Positions 48,178 to 56,240 of a stretch of DNA of 64,000 nt are shown here, one piece after another (the first letter of the stretch is position 1; each line of letters begins with the position of its first letter). The translations under genes and the position numbers were made by a program. The DNA comes from Candidatus Yanofskybacteria bacterium (GTDB lineage: Bacteria; Patescibacteriota; Minisyncoccia; 2-02-FULL-40-12; GWA2-44-9). Below the pieces are notes generated by a model, which saw only the letters and a list, made by a program, of their open reading frames with translations, was not told the origin of the DNA and did not search any database. The stretch is taken from contig DOSG01000008.1 in the NCBI GenBank assembly GCA_003514055.1, positions 121,229 through 185,228 on the forward strand, written 5' to 3'.

Positions 48178-50202
48178 ATGTTTAAGCTTTCGTCAAAATA
48201 TAAGCCCACCGGCGACCAACCGACAGCCATAGAAAAATTGGTCAAAGGATTAAAATCCAAGAAGAAACATCAGGTACTTTTGGGCGTAACAGGCTCGGGT
48301 AAAACATTTACTATAGCCAAGGTGATTGAACGTCACCAGAAACCAACTCTTATTATATCTCATAATAAAACCCTGGCCGCTCAGCTATATCGAGAATTCA
48401 AAGAATATTTTCCAAACAATGCCGTCCACTATTTCGTCAGTTATTATGATTACTATCAACCAGAAGCATATCTCCCCCATTCCAATACATACATCGAGAA
48501 AGACTCTAAGATAAACGAGGACATTGATCGTCTTAGACACGCTGCCACTCAGGCCCTGATCGGTCGCGACGATGTAATCATCGTCGCGTCAGTATCTTGC
48601 ATCTACAACCTTGGTTCGCCAGAAGAATACAAGGATCTCGGTCTTGAGATATTTGAAGGTCAAAAAATAAATCCTTCGGACCTAGGCCGAGGACTGCTTA
48701 GACTTCAATATGCCCAAGATATCGAGTTAAAAAGAAGTTGCTTCAGAAAGACTAAAAATGAATTTGAAATAGTTACGCCAAGTGGCCAGGAGATCATTAA
48801 AATAATCTTCTCTACTAAAAGCGAGAAAGAAGACCTAATCGAAAAAATATATAGGGGCTCCGTGGATGATCCAGAAGATATGGAAATGCGAGATATAAAA
48901 TACGAAAGGATTGCAGCCACTGTCATATTTCCGGCTAAGTATTGGATCACCTCCGGTGACAAATTAGCTTTAGCAATTGAGAATATTAAAAGCGAACTCC
49001 AGCGCCATGTGAAGCATCTAAAAAAAGAGGGTAAGAACGAAGAAGCATTCCGTCTTCAAGCTAAAACACTTCAGGATGTCGAGATGATGCGCCAAACTGG
49101 CTACTGTCATGGCATAGAGAATTATTCTCGCCACCTAGACTTCAGAAAACCAGACGACCCGCCATACTCCCTACTAGACTTCTTCAAATCAAAGGGGAAA
49201 TTTTTAACTATAATCGACGAGTCTCATATAACTATTCCCCAACTCAGAAGTATGTATAATGGTGATCATTCCAGAAAAAGTACTTTAGTCGAGTACGGTT
49301 TTAGATTGCCCTCGGCCATAGACAATAGACCCCTAAGATTCCCGGAGTTCGAGAAGAGAGTTCAGGAAACAATATATGCTTCGGCCACTCCGGGCAAACA
49401 CGAATTAGCAAAAGCCGGCAAAGATAATGTCGCCGAACAGCTGGTACGGCCAACTGGGCTATTGGATCCGACAATCGAGATACAACCAACCGATAATCAG
49501 ATACCCCACCTACTCGAACAAATCAGACAAAGAGTATCCAAAAACGAACGAGTTTTGATTACGACTTTAACTAAGAGAATGGCAGAAGACCTATCAGAGC
49601 ACTTGGCCGATCAAGGCATTAAGGTAAATTACCTTCACTCAGAGATAAAAACATTAGACAGAATTAAGATTCTTAAAGACCTGCGCCTTGGCACTCATGA
49701 CGTCATCGTAGGTGTTAATCTATTAAGAGAAGGCCTCGACTTACCCGAAGTTTCGCTTATCGCCATCCTAGACGCCGACAAAGAAGGCTTCCTTCGCAAC
49801 TACACAACTTTAATTCAAACCATGGGCCGTGCCGCCAGAAACGTAAACGGCCACGTGATCATGTACGCCGATAAGCAAACTAAATCTATAAAAGAAGCGG
49901 TTCAAGAAGCCACGCGAAGAAGAAAGAAGCAAGAGCTATACAACATCGATAACAACATTACTCCCGCAACCATAATCAAAGAAATAGGTAAATTTGATTT
50001 GCCAATTTCAAAGGCAGCTTCATATAAGATGGATAACCCCGACTCCAATAATAATGAGGATATTATCTTCTACGGCAGTGCCAGCAAGCAAAGAGTGCTA
50101 AAACAACTAGAGAAGATGATGGAGCGAGCCATGCGAAAATTTGAATACGAAACGGCCATGGAGCTAAAAGAACAGATTCGCAAGCTCAAGGGCCAAGAAT
50201 AA
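48178..50202 (+). CDS. uvrB: excinuclease ABC subunit B
   Basis: GVTGSGKTF Walker A, helicase motifs, C-terminal UVR domain (YETAMELKEQIRKLK). Confidence 0.9.
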   Translation: MFKLSSKYKPTGDQPTAIEKLVKGLKSKKKHQVLLGVTGSGKTFTIAKVIERHQKPTLIISHNKTLAAQLYREFKEYFPNNAVHYFVSYYDYYQPEAYLPHSNTYIEKDSKINEDIDRLRHAATQALIGRDDVIIVASVSCIYNLGSPEEYKDLGLEIFEGQKINPSDLGRGLLRLQYAQDIELKRSCFRKTKNEFEIVTPSGQEIIKIIFSTKSEKEDLIEKIYRGSVDDPEDMEMRDIKYERIAATVIFPAKYWITSGDKLALAIENIKSELQRHVKHLKKEGKNEEAFRLQAKTLQDVEMMRQTGYCHGIENYSRHLDFRKPDDPPYSLLDFFKSKGKFLTIIDESHITIPQLRSMYNGDHSRKSTLVEYGFRLPSAIDNRPLRFPEFEKRVQETIYASATPGKHELAKAGKDNVAEQLVRPTGLLDPTIEIQPTDNQIPHLLEQIRQRVSKNERVLITTLTKRMAEDLSEHLADQGIKVNYLHSEIKTLDRIKILKDLRLGTHDVIVGVNLLREGLDLPEVSLIAILDADKEGFLRNYTTLIQTMGRAARNVNGHVIMYADKQTKSIKEAVQEATRRRKKQELYNIDNNITPATIIKEIGKFDLPISKAASYKMDNPDSNNNEDIIFYGSASKQRVLKQLEKMMERAMRKFEYETAMELKEQIRKLKGQE

Positions 50203-50220
50203 TTGTGCCCAAGTGGCTAT

Positions 50221-50249
50221 TGACATCGTAGGGCCAATGTGCTATACTT
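50221..50249 (+). promoter_or_regulatory. consensus sigma70 promoter TTGACA-17-TATACT
   Basis: TTGACATCGTAGGGCCAATGTGCTATACT; AAGGAGG SD at about 50317-50323, 6 nt before the ATG at 50330. Confidence 0.5.
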
Positions 50250-50329
50250 GACACAAGCTAGGAGTGGCTAGTGGACAGCGCCCGATATTGGGAATGCCAC
50301 AAGGTCGCTCTTTCACAAGGAGGCAGGAC

Positions 50330-50722
50330 ATGGGATGGACCAAGTCGAAGAAGTCATCGTTCAAGGCCGGCGACCGCGTCACCGTCCCCGGTGGGTACGG
50401 AGACGGCACAATCACCGAGTTCGAGGATGGCTGTGGCGGCGGAGAGCTGGCGAGCGTGAAGCTCGACAGCGGCCGACAGGAGTGGGTCGGCGTCAGCCGC
50501 CTCAAGGCGGCCGGACCGAAGAAGTCCACGGACAAGAAGGCCGACGACTACGAGCTCTACGTCCGTGACGTCATCAGAACGTCCGACGGCCGGCTCGGCC
50601 TGATCAAGGACTTCACGTACGGCGGGTGCAGCGACCAGTACGCCGTCGTGATGTTCCACGACGGTCAGACCCGCGAGTACAACGTCTCGCGGGTGACGCT
50701 GGTGGCGGCCGCAACGCGGTAA
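50330..50722 (+). CDS. GC-rich cytoplasmic protein with two KOW/Tudor-like beta repeats
   Basis: MGWTKSKKSSFKAGDRVTVPGGYGDGTITEF... and ...YELYVRDVIRTSDGRLGLIKDF...YAVVMFHDGQTREY. Start chosen at the SD-preceded internal ATG; the track ORF begins at an upstream GTG. Confidence 0.45.
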   Translation: MGWTKSKKSSFKAGDRVTVPGGYGDGTITEFEDGCGGGELASVKLDSGRQEWVGVSRLKAAGPKKSTDKKADDYELYVRDVIRTSDGRLGLIKDFTYGGCSDQYAVVMFHDGQTREYNVSRVTLVAAATR

Positions 50723-50779
50723 CGCCCCCCACCTCGCCCACCCAGGGCCGCCTCATCGACGAGATGAGGCGGCCCCCAA

Positions 50780-50824
50780 CCTCGCACAGAGTCAGCGATG
50801 ACTTATCCACGTGCGAGGTTTTTA
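50780..50824 (+). terminator. intrinsic terminator (CCTCGCAC...GTGCGAGG + TTTTT), preceded by a second 12-bp hairpin at about 50745-50775
   Basis: Read directly. Confidence 0.55.
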
Positions 50825-50917
50825 AATACAATAAATCGGTTAGTAACTCTTAATACTACGCTTACAATGGTAAATAACATCATAAAAACCCGACATTTTT
50901 GATTAATACCCAACGAC

Positions 50918-50946
50918 TTGATTTATCCTAGATTATATGTTATAAT
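50918..50946 (+). promoter_or_regulatory. consensus sigma70 promoter TTGATT-17-TATAAT
   Basis: TTGATTTATCCTAGATTATATGTTATAAT; AGAGAGGAG SD ending 4 nt before the ATG at 51005. Confidence 0.5.
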
Positions 50947-51004
50947 ACACGTACGGAGTGACCTTTTACAACCATTGCCGATACAACGTTAAGAGAGGAG
51001 ACAG

Positions 51005-51571
51005 ATGAGACAAGTACTCGTCGATAACTGTGGCTGGTTTTCGTTGTTGGCCTTCTTCGTAATGGGGTGGGCCTACTACATGACGGCCACGATCCTCATG
51101 CGAGGATCGCTGTTCATCGGCCTCCGCGGCCGAATCGACCAGATAGCCGAGAGCGGCTCGTGGCTCTGCACGAAGATTCGCGAGATGCTGGGATGCCTGA
51201 TGTGCACGGCCACCGAGGCGGCCATCTGGACACTCGGCATCGCGACTCTCGGACTCGGCCTGTGGTACAACGTTCCCGACGCGATCATCGGCGCGGCGCT
51301 CGAGAAAATCGGGGCGATTGGCTCCGATAAAATGATCGCGCTGCCGTGGTACGCAAGCGTGGCCATTATGGCCGGCGTATCGTTCGCCCTATCCCTGGCC
51401 GTCGCTGGTCAGGCCTGGGGCATCAAGTGCATCGTTGAGCATCAAGAGGTCAAGTTCTTGGAGCTTCGGAAAGGATCCCGAGCTCGAGAGATTGAACTCC
51501 TCGAGAGGATCAGCGAGCTCGAGAGAACTCCTGGAAAGAGTTGCGAGAAGTACGAATACGATCTGTCCTAA
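51005..51571 (+). CDS. GC-rich polytopic membrane protein with C-terminal charged coiled tail
   Basis: 4-5 TM (FSLLAFFVMGWAYYMTATIL...), then EIELLERISELERTPGK; 188 aa. Confidence 0.45.
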   Translation: MRQVLVDNCGWFSLLAFFVMGWAYYMTATILMRGSLFIGLRGRIDQIAESGSWLCTKIREMLGCLMCTATEAAIWTLGIATLGLGLWYNVPDAIIGAALEKIGAIGSDKMIALPWYASVAIMAGVSFALSLAVAGQAWGIKCIVEHQEVKFLELRKGSRAREIELLERISELERTPGKSCEKYEYDLS

Positions 51572-51584
51572 CGAAGGAGCTGAA

Positions 51585-51926
51585 ATGAAAGTTAAAGCCA
51601 TTATTCCGTTCGCTGAGTTCGCGACAATCTATGCCGCCCTACCTCGTTCCGAGAATTGCGCAACCGTAAGGTGCGCATTCAGCAAGACAACCTGCCACGT
51701 TCGGGAGGCTCGCGAAGCCTGCCGCGAGTGGTGGAAGCGCACCAACGACGGTGCGCCAGGATTCTCGAATTACGAGGCCACGTTCCAGAATGCGATCGAT
51801 GCCGAGAACGCCATCTACTGGTGTTTCCGGACTGGCGACATGGAACCGGCCCAAAAGGCATACGATCTTTTGACCGACGAGCTTCGTGCTCGATTCAGCG
51901 GTCAGCTCCGGATGTCCGGTAGCTAG
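51585..51926 (+). CDS. GC-rich small Cys-containing protein
   Basis: MKVKAIIPFAEF...ENCATVRCAFSKTTCHVREAREACREWW (4 Cys, possible metal site); AAGGAG SD 6 nt upstream; 13 nt after the previous stop (operon). Confidence 0.4.
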   Translation: MKVKAIIPFAEFATIYAALPRSENCATVRCAFSKTTCHVREAREACREWWKRTNDGAPGFSNYEATFQNAIDAENAIYWCFRTGDMEPAQKAYDLLTDELRARFSGQLRMSGS

Positions 51927-51954
51927 ATCTGGCATTCACCACCGGCATAGCCGG

Positions 51955-51986
51955 GGCCGCCCCTCAAAAGGCGGCTTTTATTTTTA
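51955..51986 (+). terminator. intrinsic terminator (GCCGCC-CCTCAAAA-GGCGGC + TTTTATTTTT)
   Basis: Read directly. Confidence 0.55.
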
Positions 51987-52039
51987 TACTTGCAAATATC
52001 AATAAAATGTATTAAAGTATGTAAATCAATTTACATATA

Positions 52040-52197
52040 AACAGCGATTCCAATCATTGTTTCAGCTATTAATCGGCAGCCCCTTCGGGGGCCGATAGCT
52101 GATCACTGAATCCTTTTAAAGAAGCAAATCTCTCGGAAGCTTGAACGGGACTTCTTTAAAATGATTCAGCTAACAATAATTTGAACCTTAGCCGAGC
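52040..52197 (+). promoter_or_regulatory. structured leader upstream of rpsT (possible autoregulatory element)
   Basis: UUCG hairpin ATCGGCAGCCCC-TTCG-GGGGCCGAT; long helix TGAATCCTTTTAAAGAAG / CTTCTTTAAAATGATTCA. Confidence 0.3.
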
Positions 52198-52458
52198 ATG
52201 CCAATAACAGAATCAGCAAAAAAAGCCCTAAGACAGTCGAAAAAGAAGAGAATCCAAAATCTTCAGAGAAGCAATGATCTCAAGGTCTCCATGAAGAAAA
52301 TAGAGAGACTCGTCAAAGATGGCAAAAAGGATGAAGCAGCCAAGCTGGTGGCCAAAGCCTACAAGGCCGTGGATAAAGCCGCAAAGACCGGAGTCATAAA
52401 GAAAAATAAGGCCGCTAGATTAAAATCAAAAGCTGCCCGAATGACTTCCTCGAAATAA
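52198..52458 (+). CDS. rpsT: 30S ribosomal protein S20
   Basis: SAKKALRQSKKKRIQNLQ...KAARLKSKAARM; 86 aa. Confidence 0.85.
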   Translation: MPITESAKKALRQSKKKRIQNLQRSNDLKVSMKKIERLVKDGKKDEAAKLVAKAYKAVDKAAKTGVIKKNKAARLKSKAARMTSSK

Positions 52459-52470
52459 GCTTCTAAATAC

Positions 52471-52502
52471 AAAACCCTCGCGCAGTGCGCGAGGGTTTTG
52501 TA
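52471..52502. terminator. bidirectional intrinsic terminator shared by rpsT and ftsW
   Basis: AAAACCCTCGCGCAGTGCGCGAGGGTTTTG. Confidence 0.6.
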
Positions 52503-52503
52503 T

Positions 52504-53580
52504 TTATCTTTTAGCCACGCTAGCCGATATGCCTATACCCGACAAAATGGCCATCATCGCTGAACCGCCATAGCTGATGAATGGCAGAGGCACACCCGTC
52601 AAAGGCGCAATGCCGCAATTGGCGGCGATGTTTAATAATGCCTGAGAACATATCCAAATGTTTACGCCCATCACAAGCAACAATCCAAATTTATCACGAG
52701 TATTTTTAGCTATTCTAGTTAGGGTGAAACATAGCGCAATGAACATCAATAAAGTCGCCACCGCACCGATAAAACCGAGCTCCTCCGCTATCACCGCAAA
52801 GATAGAATCCCCGACAACCTCTGGCAAGAAGCCTTGCTTCTGGCTGCTCTTGCCAAATCCGACGCCAAGTAGCCCTCCAGATCCGATAGCTATAAAAGAT
52901 TGATTGACCTGATAGGATATTCCCCGTGGATCGATATCGGGGTTCATGAAGGTTTTCAACCTATTAAATCTGTACGGTTCAAAAATCACTAACGCAATTC
53001 CGATTAACAAGAATACGCCAATAACCGTAAAAAAGTGTTTCATCTCGACGCCAGCTGCAAAGTAAACGCCTATGGATATAGACGAAACGATGAGCAACGT
53101 TCCAATATCGGGCTGCAGCGCTAATAGGGCGGCCACAAAAGCCAATACAACGAAGAATGGGGCCATCCCATAGGTCCAATTTTTAAGACGCTCATCCCTA
53201 CCACTAAACCAAGCGGCTAGATATATAATCATGGCCATCTTCAGAAACTCCGAAGGTTGGAAACGGAAGCCGAATAATTCTAGCCACCTGGTTGCCCCTT
53301 TCGCACCATGTCCAAATTGTGGCAAGAACACGAACGTCATTAAAAGTAATGCGAAAAATAGTATTGGTATTGCTAATTTCTTCCATACTTTATAATTAAT
53401 CTTAAAGAAAATAAAAAGCAGAGCCAGCCCTGGAAGTACGCTTTGAAGTAATTGATGGTAGAAGTAATAATATGAATTGCCAAATTTCTTCTGTGCGTCA
53501 ATAATCCCGGCAGATGAGAGCATTACCAAGCCAAATACTACCGATACTAGAGTGATCCAGATTAAACTCTTTGCCATCAT
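52504..53580 (-). CDS. ftsW: SEDS-family peptidoglycan glycosyltransferase FtsW/RodA
   Basis: 10 TM; SEDS family assigned from hydrophobicity profile and dcw-cluster position next to mraY. Confidence 0.75.
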   Translation of the reverse strand: MMAKSLIWITLVSVVFGLVMLSSAGIIDAQKKFGNSYYYFYHQLLQSVLPGLALLFIFFKINYKVWKKLAIPILFFALLLMTFVFLPQFGHGAKGATRWLELFGFRFQPSEFLKMAMIIYLAAWFSGRDERLKNWTYGMAPFFVVLAFVAALLALQPDIGTLLIVSSISIGVYFAAGVEMKHFFTVIGVFLLIGIALVIFEPYRFNRLKTFMNPDIDPRGISYQVNQSFIAIGSGGLLGVGFGKSSQKQGFLPEVVGDSIFAVIAEELGFIGAVATLLMFIALCFTLTRIAKNTRDKFGLLLVMGVNIWICSQALLNIAANCGIAPLTGVPLPFISYGGSAMMAILSGIGISASVAKR

Positions 53581-53617
53581 TCAATTCTACCATAATCACC
53601 CGACAAAAAAACCGGCT

Positions 53618-54022
53618 TTAGCCGGCTAGTTTTCTTAACTCATAGTTAAACTCGAAAGACATGCATTGCATTTCCTCACTTACCTGACCAACTTTTTCTG
53701 CCCACATCTTAGCTAGCTCTTCGTCCGAGATATCATGAAAATAATAATTCATCGTAGTCCCATTTCTGCCAATCCAGAGATTAAGCACCGCATTCGTTAG
53801 AAAGAGTCTTAGTCCATTTAATCTTCCATACAAAGTATCGAAGGACATCTCGGCCCTCAACCATGACGGGAAAGCTCCGCTTTCGCATAGATTCCAAATG
53901 GTCCGATCCAGAATATTCTTATCTAGTAATTCGGTGAATCTATCTTTTAGATACGGCTCCATTTTATAAAACAAAATGAGCAAGAAATACTTGGTCCGAT
54001 CGCTGTAAAAGGTCATAGTCAC
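53618..54022 (-). CDS. hypothetical protein at the position normally occupied by murD in dcw clusters
   Basis: 134-aa ORF, no motif. Confidence 0.3.
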   Translation of the reverse strand: MTMTFYSDRTKYFLLILFYKMEPYLKDRFTELLDKNILDRTIWNLCESGAFPSWLRAEMSFDTLYGRLNGLRLFLTNAVLNLWIGRNGTTMNYYFHDISDEELAKMWAEKVGQVSEEMQCMSFEFNYELRKLAG

Positions 54023-54113
54023 TGCCCTTCACGAATCTAGCCCATCTCAAAATATACGAGCTAGGATCTCCTGTCAACCTGCGCAGTTCAATCCCCTTAA
54101 ACAGATAGGGTGG

Positions 54114-55211
54114 CTATTTGAATAACATCGCAGGGATTTTGGAATCAACGAGAAATATAATTAAGCCGATGATCGCGCCGATTGCGGAGATCATCCAAAA
54201 GCGCATTGTGACCTGAGTCTCGTGCCAACCCAAGGCCTCAAAATGATGATGGATAGGAGTAGACAGGAATATCTTTTTTCCTCGTAATTTTTTCGAAGTC
54301 AGTTGAATGATAACGGACCCAGACTCGACTATAAAAATCATGGCAATTGGGATCAATAATAATGGCGTATTAGTGAACATTGCCACAACACCAAGAGTAA
54401 CGCCAAGAGACATCGAGCCCGTATCGCCCATAAAAAACTTAGCTGGATAAATATTAAACCACAGAAAAGCAATCAACGCTCCAATGATAGAAGCCATAAA
54501 CACAACCAGATCTACCCTGCCCTGATCGAAAGCTATCGCTCCATAAGCAACGAACATTGTTAGAAATATGCCGGCGGCCAATCCATCTAAACCGTCAGTT
54601 TCATTAGCGGAGAAAGCGCTAGCAACAATTATAAAAACGAAAAACGGCACATACCACCAACCAATGACCATATCTCCCAGGAATGGGATATTCACAAAAT
54701 TCCAACCAAGTTTTACATAGAACCACCAAGCTAATCCGGCACCAACAAGAACATACATTAAGATTCTGTCGCGCATCTTTAAACCGCCCCCACCGGGGCC
54801 TATCCTTCTTACTCCGAAGTAATCATCCACCAATCCAAAAATGGCGCTGATAATCAAAGCCGCGAGAGGCACCCAAGTCTGAGCTCTAGATAAGAAATTT
54901 AGTTCAGAAAAAACGCTACCTGGGAACAATTTGGCTAGCGCCCAGAACATAACAGTTATAACGACTACGGTCATCCAGATAACCACCCCGCCCATAGTCG
55001 GAGTCCCGACTTTTTTCTTATGCATCTCAGAGAAGATAGGAGCGGTTTCTTTTCGAATGACCTGCTTGCCCAGCTGATACTTGTATAAAACCTTGGTCCA
55101 TATCGGAGTCAATAAAATAGCAACGAAAAAAGAGATCGTTGCCGTACCGGCTATCTTGACCACATTTAGAACACTAAATATTTCCCTTACCTCCATAGAA
55201 TCAATTGGCAA
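54114..55211 (-). CDS. mraY: phospho-N-acetylmuramoyl-pentapeptide transferase
   Basis: 10 TM; DD/DDxxD-type motifs (VDDYFGV, ANETDGLDGLA). Confidence 0.85.
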   Translation of the reverse strand: MPIDSMEVREIFSVLNVVKIAGTATISFFVAILLTPIWTKVLYKYQLGKQVIRKETAPIFSEMHKKKVGTPTMGGVVIWMTVVVITVMFWALAKLFPGSVFSELNFLSRAQTWVPLAALIISAIFGLVDDYFGVRRIGPGGGGLKMRDRILMYVLVGAGLAWWFYVKLGWNFVNIPFLGDMVIGWWYVPFFVFIIVASAFSANETDGLDGLAAGIFLTMFVAYGAIAFDQGRVDLVVFMASIIGALIAFLWFNIYPAKFFMGDTGSMSLGVTLGVVAMFTNTPLLLIPIAMIFIVESGSVIIQLTSKKLRGKKIFLSTPIHHHFEALGWHETQVTMRFWMISAIGAIIGLIIFLVDSKIPAMLFK

Positions 55212-55273
55212 TTATCATTTATCATTTTCCAATTAAATAAATGAGAATTGAAAAATGGTAAATGATAAATGTC

Positions 55274-56236
55274 TTAGTTCCAACGATAAGCTTTTTTGAT
55301 CCAATTTACAAGCTTTTCCGTCTCGCCAAATCTATCTTTCGATCCTAGGACCACGCTTATAATATTATCATCTCTGTCTGGCACGCTTACTACAAGTACT
55401 AAGCATCCTAGAGCAGTATCAGTATAACCAGTTTTGCCTCCCAATATATTGGGGAGAGCTCCTAAGAGCATGTTAGTCGTAGTTGTAATGTGCTCGATCT
55501 TCTCATCGGTTGATCTGACTATCACGTTTTTTTCTCCCAATATCTTCCACATTAAATCGTATTTAAGAGAATACTCAGTTATTCGAACTAAGTCTTCAGC
55601 CGTCGAATACGCCTCGTCATTCAATCCAGCCGGATCTAAGAATTTTGTATTATTCATTCCTAAGGCTAAGCTCTTTCTGTTCATTTCGGCCACGAAATCA
55701 ATTGCCCTAGATCGGCCATATTCTGCAAGCGCATAGGCGGCGTCATTAGAAGATTCTATCAGCATCATCTTCAGTAGATTTTCTACGCTCATACTCTCTC
55801 CGGCGTATAGTGTCTGCTTCTGCCCGTCAACTTTGATAGAAGACTCTCCGACAACGACGACATCTTTTAAGTCAAAGTTCTCCATAACCACAACGGCGCT
55901 CATTATTTTAGTCAATGATGCGACAGGAAGCCTCGCCCTGATGTCTCTATCGAATAGATATCTCTCAGATCTTATGTCGAAAATAGCGATCGACTTAGCC
56001 TCGATGATCGGCTGCTCTACTGCGGTATCGAGCATAGGAATATAACTCGGCTCTGACAACGGTAAAATGTATGCCGCTCGAGTATCGTAAGTAGTCGATT
56101 CGTCATCTTGATCAAATCTGGCCACGCTAGTTTTTGGATACTCGAAAACAAAAAAAGCATTGATGCCGATTAGGGCAATGAGTAATACACCAAGCAACAC
56201 AAGACTGGGACCAATTTTTGGCTCTGAGGCATCCAT
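55274..56236 (-). CDS. D-alanyl-D-alanine carboxypeptidase (peptidase S11)
   Basis: ASLTKIM (SxxK), SSN (SxN), KTGYT (KTG) motifs; N-terminal TM. Confidence 0.7.
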   Translation of the reverse strand: MDASEPKIGPSLVLLGVLLIALIGINAFFVFEYPKTSVARFDQDDESTTYDTRAAYILPLSEPSYIPMLDTAVEQPIIEAKSIAIFDIRSERYLFDRDIRARLPVASLTKIMSAVVVMENFDLKDVVVVGESSIKVDGQKQTLYAGESMSVENLLKMMLIESSNDAAYALAEYGRSRAIDFVAEMNRKSLALGMNNTKFLDPAGLNDEAYSTAEDLVRITEYSLKYDLMWKILGEKNVIVRSTDEKIEHITTTTNMLLGALPNILGGKTGYTDTALGCLVLVVSVPDRDDNIISVVLGSKDRFGETEKLVNWIKKAYRWN

Positions 56237-56240
56237 TGGA

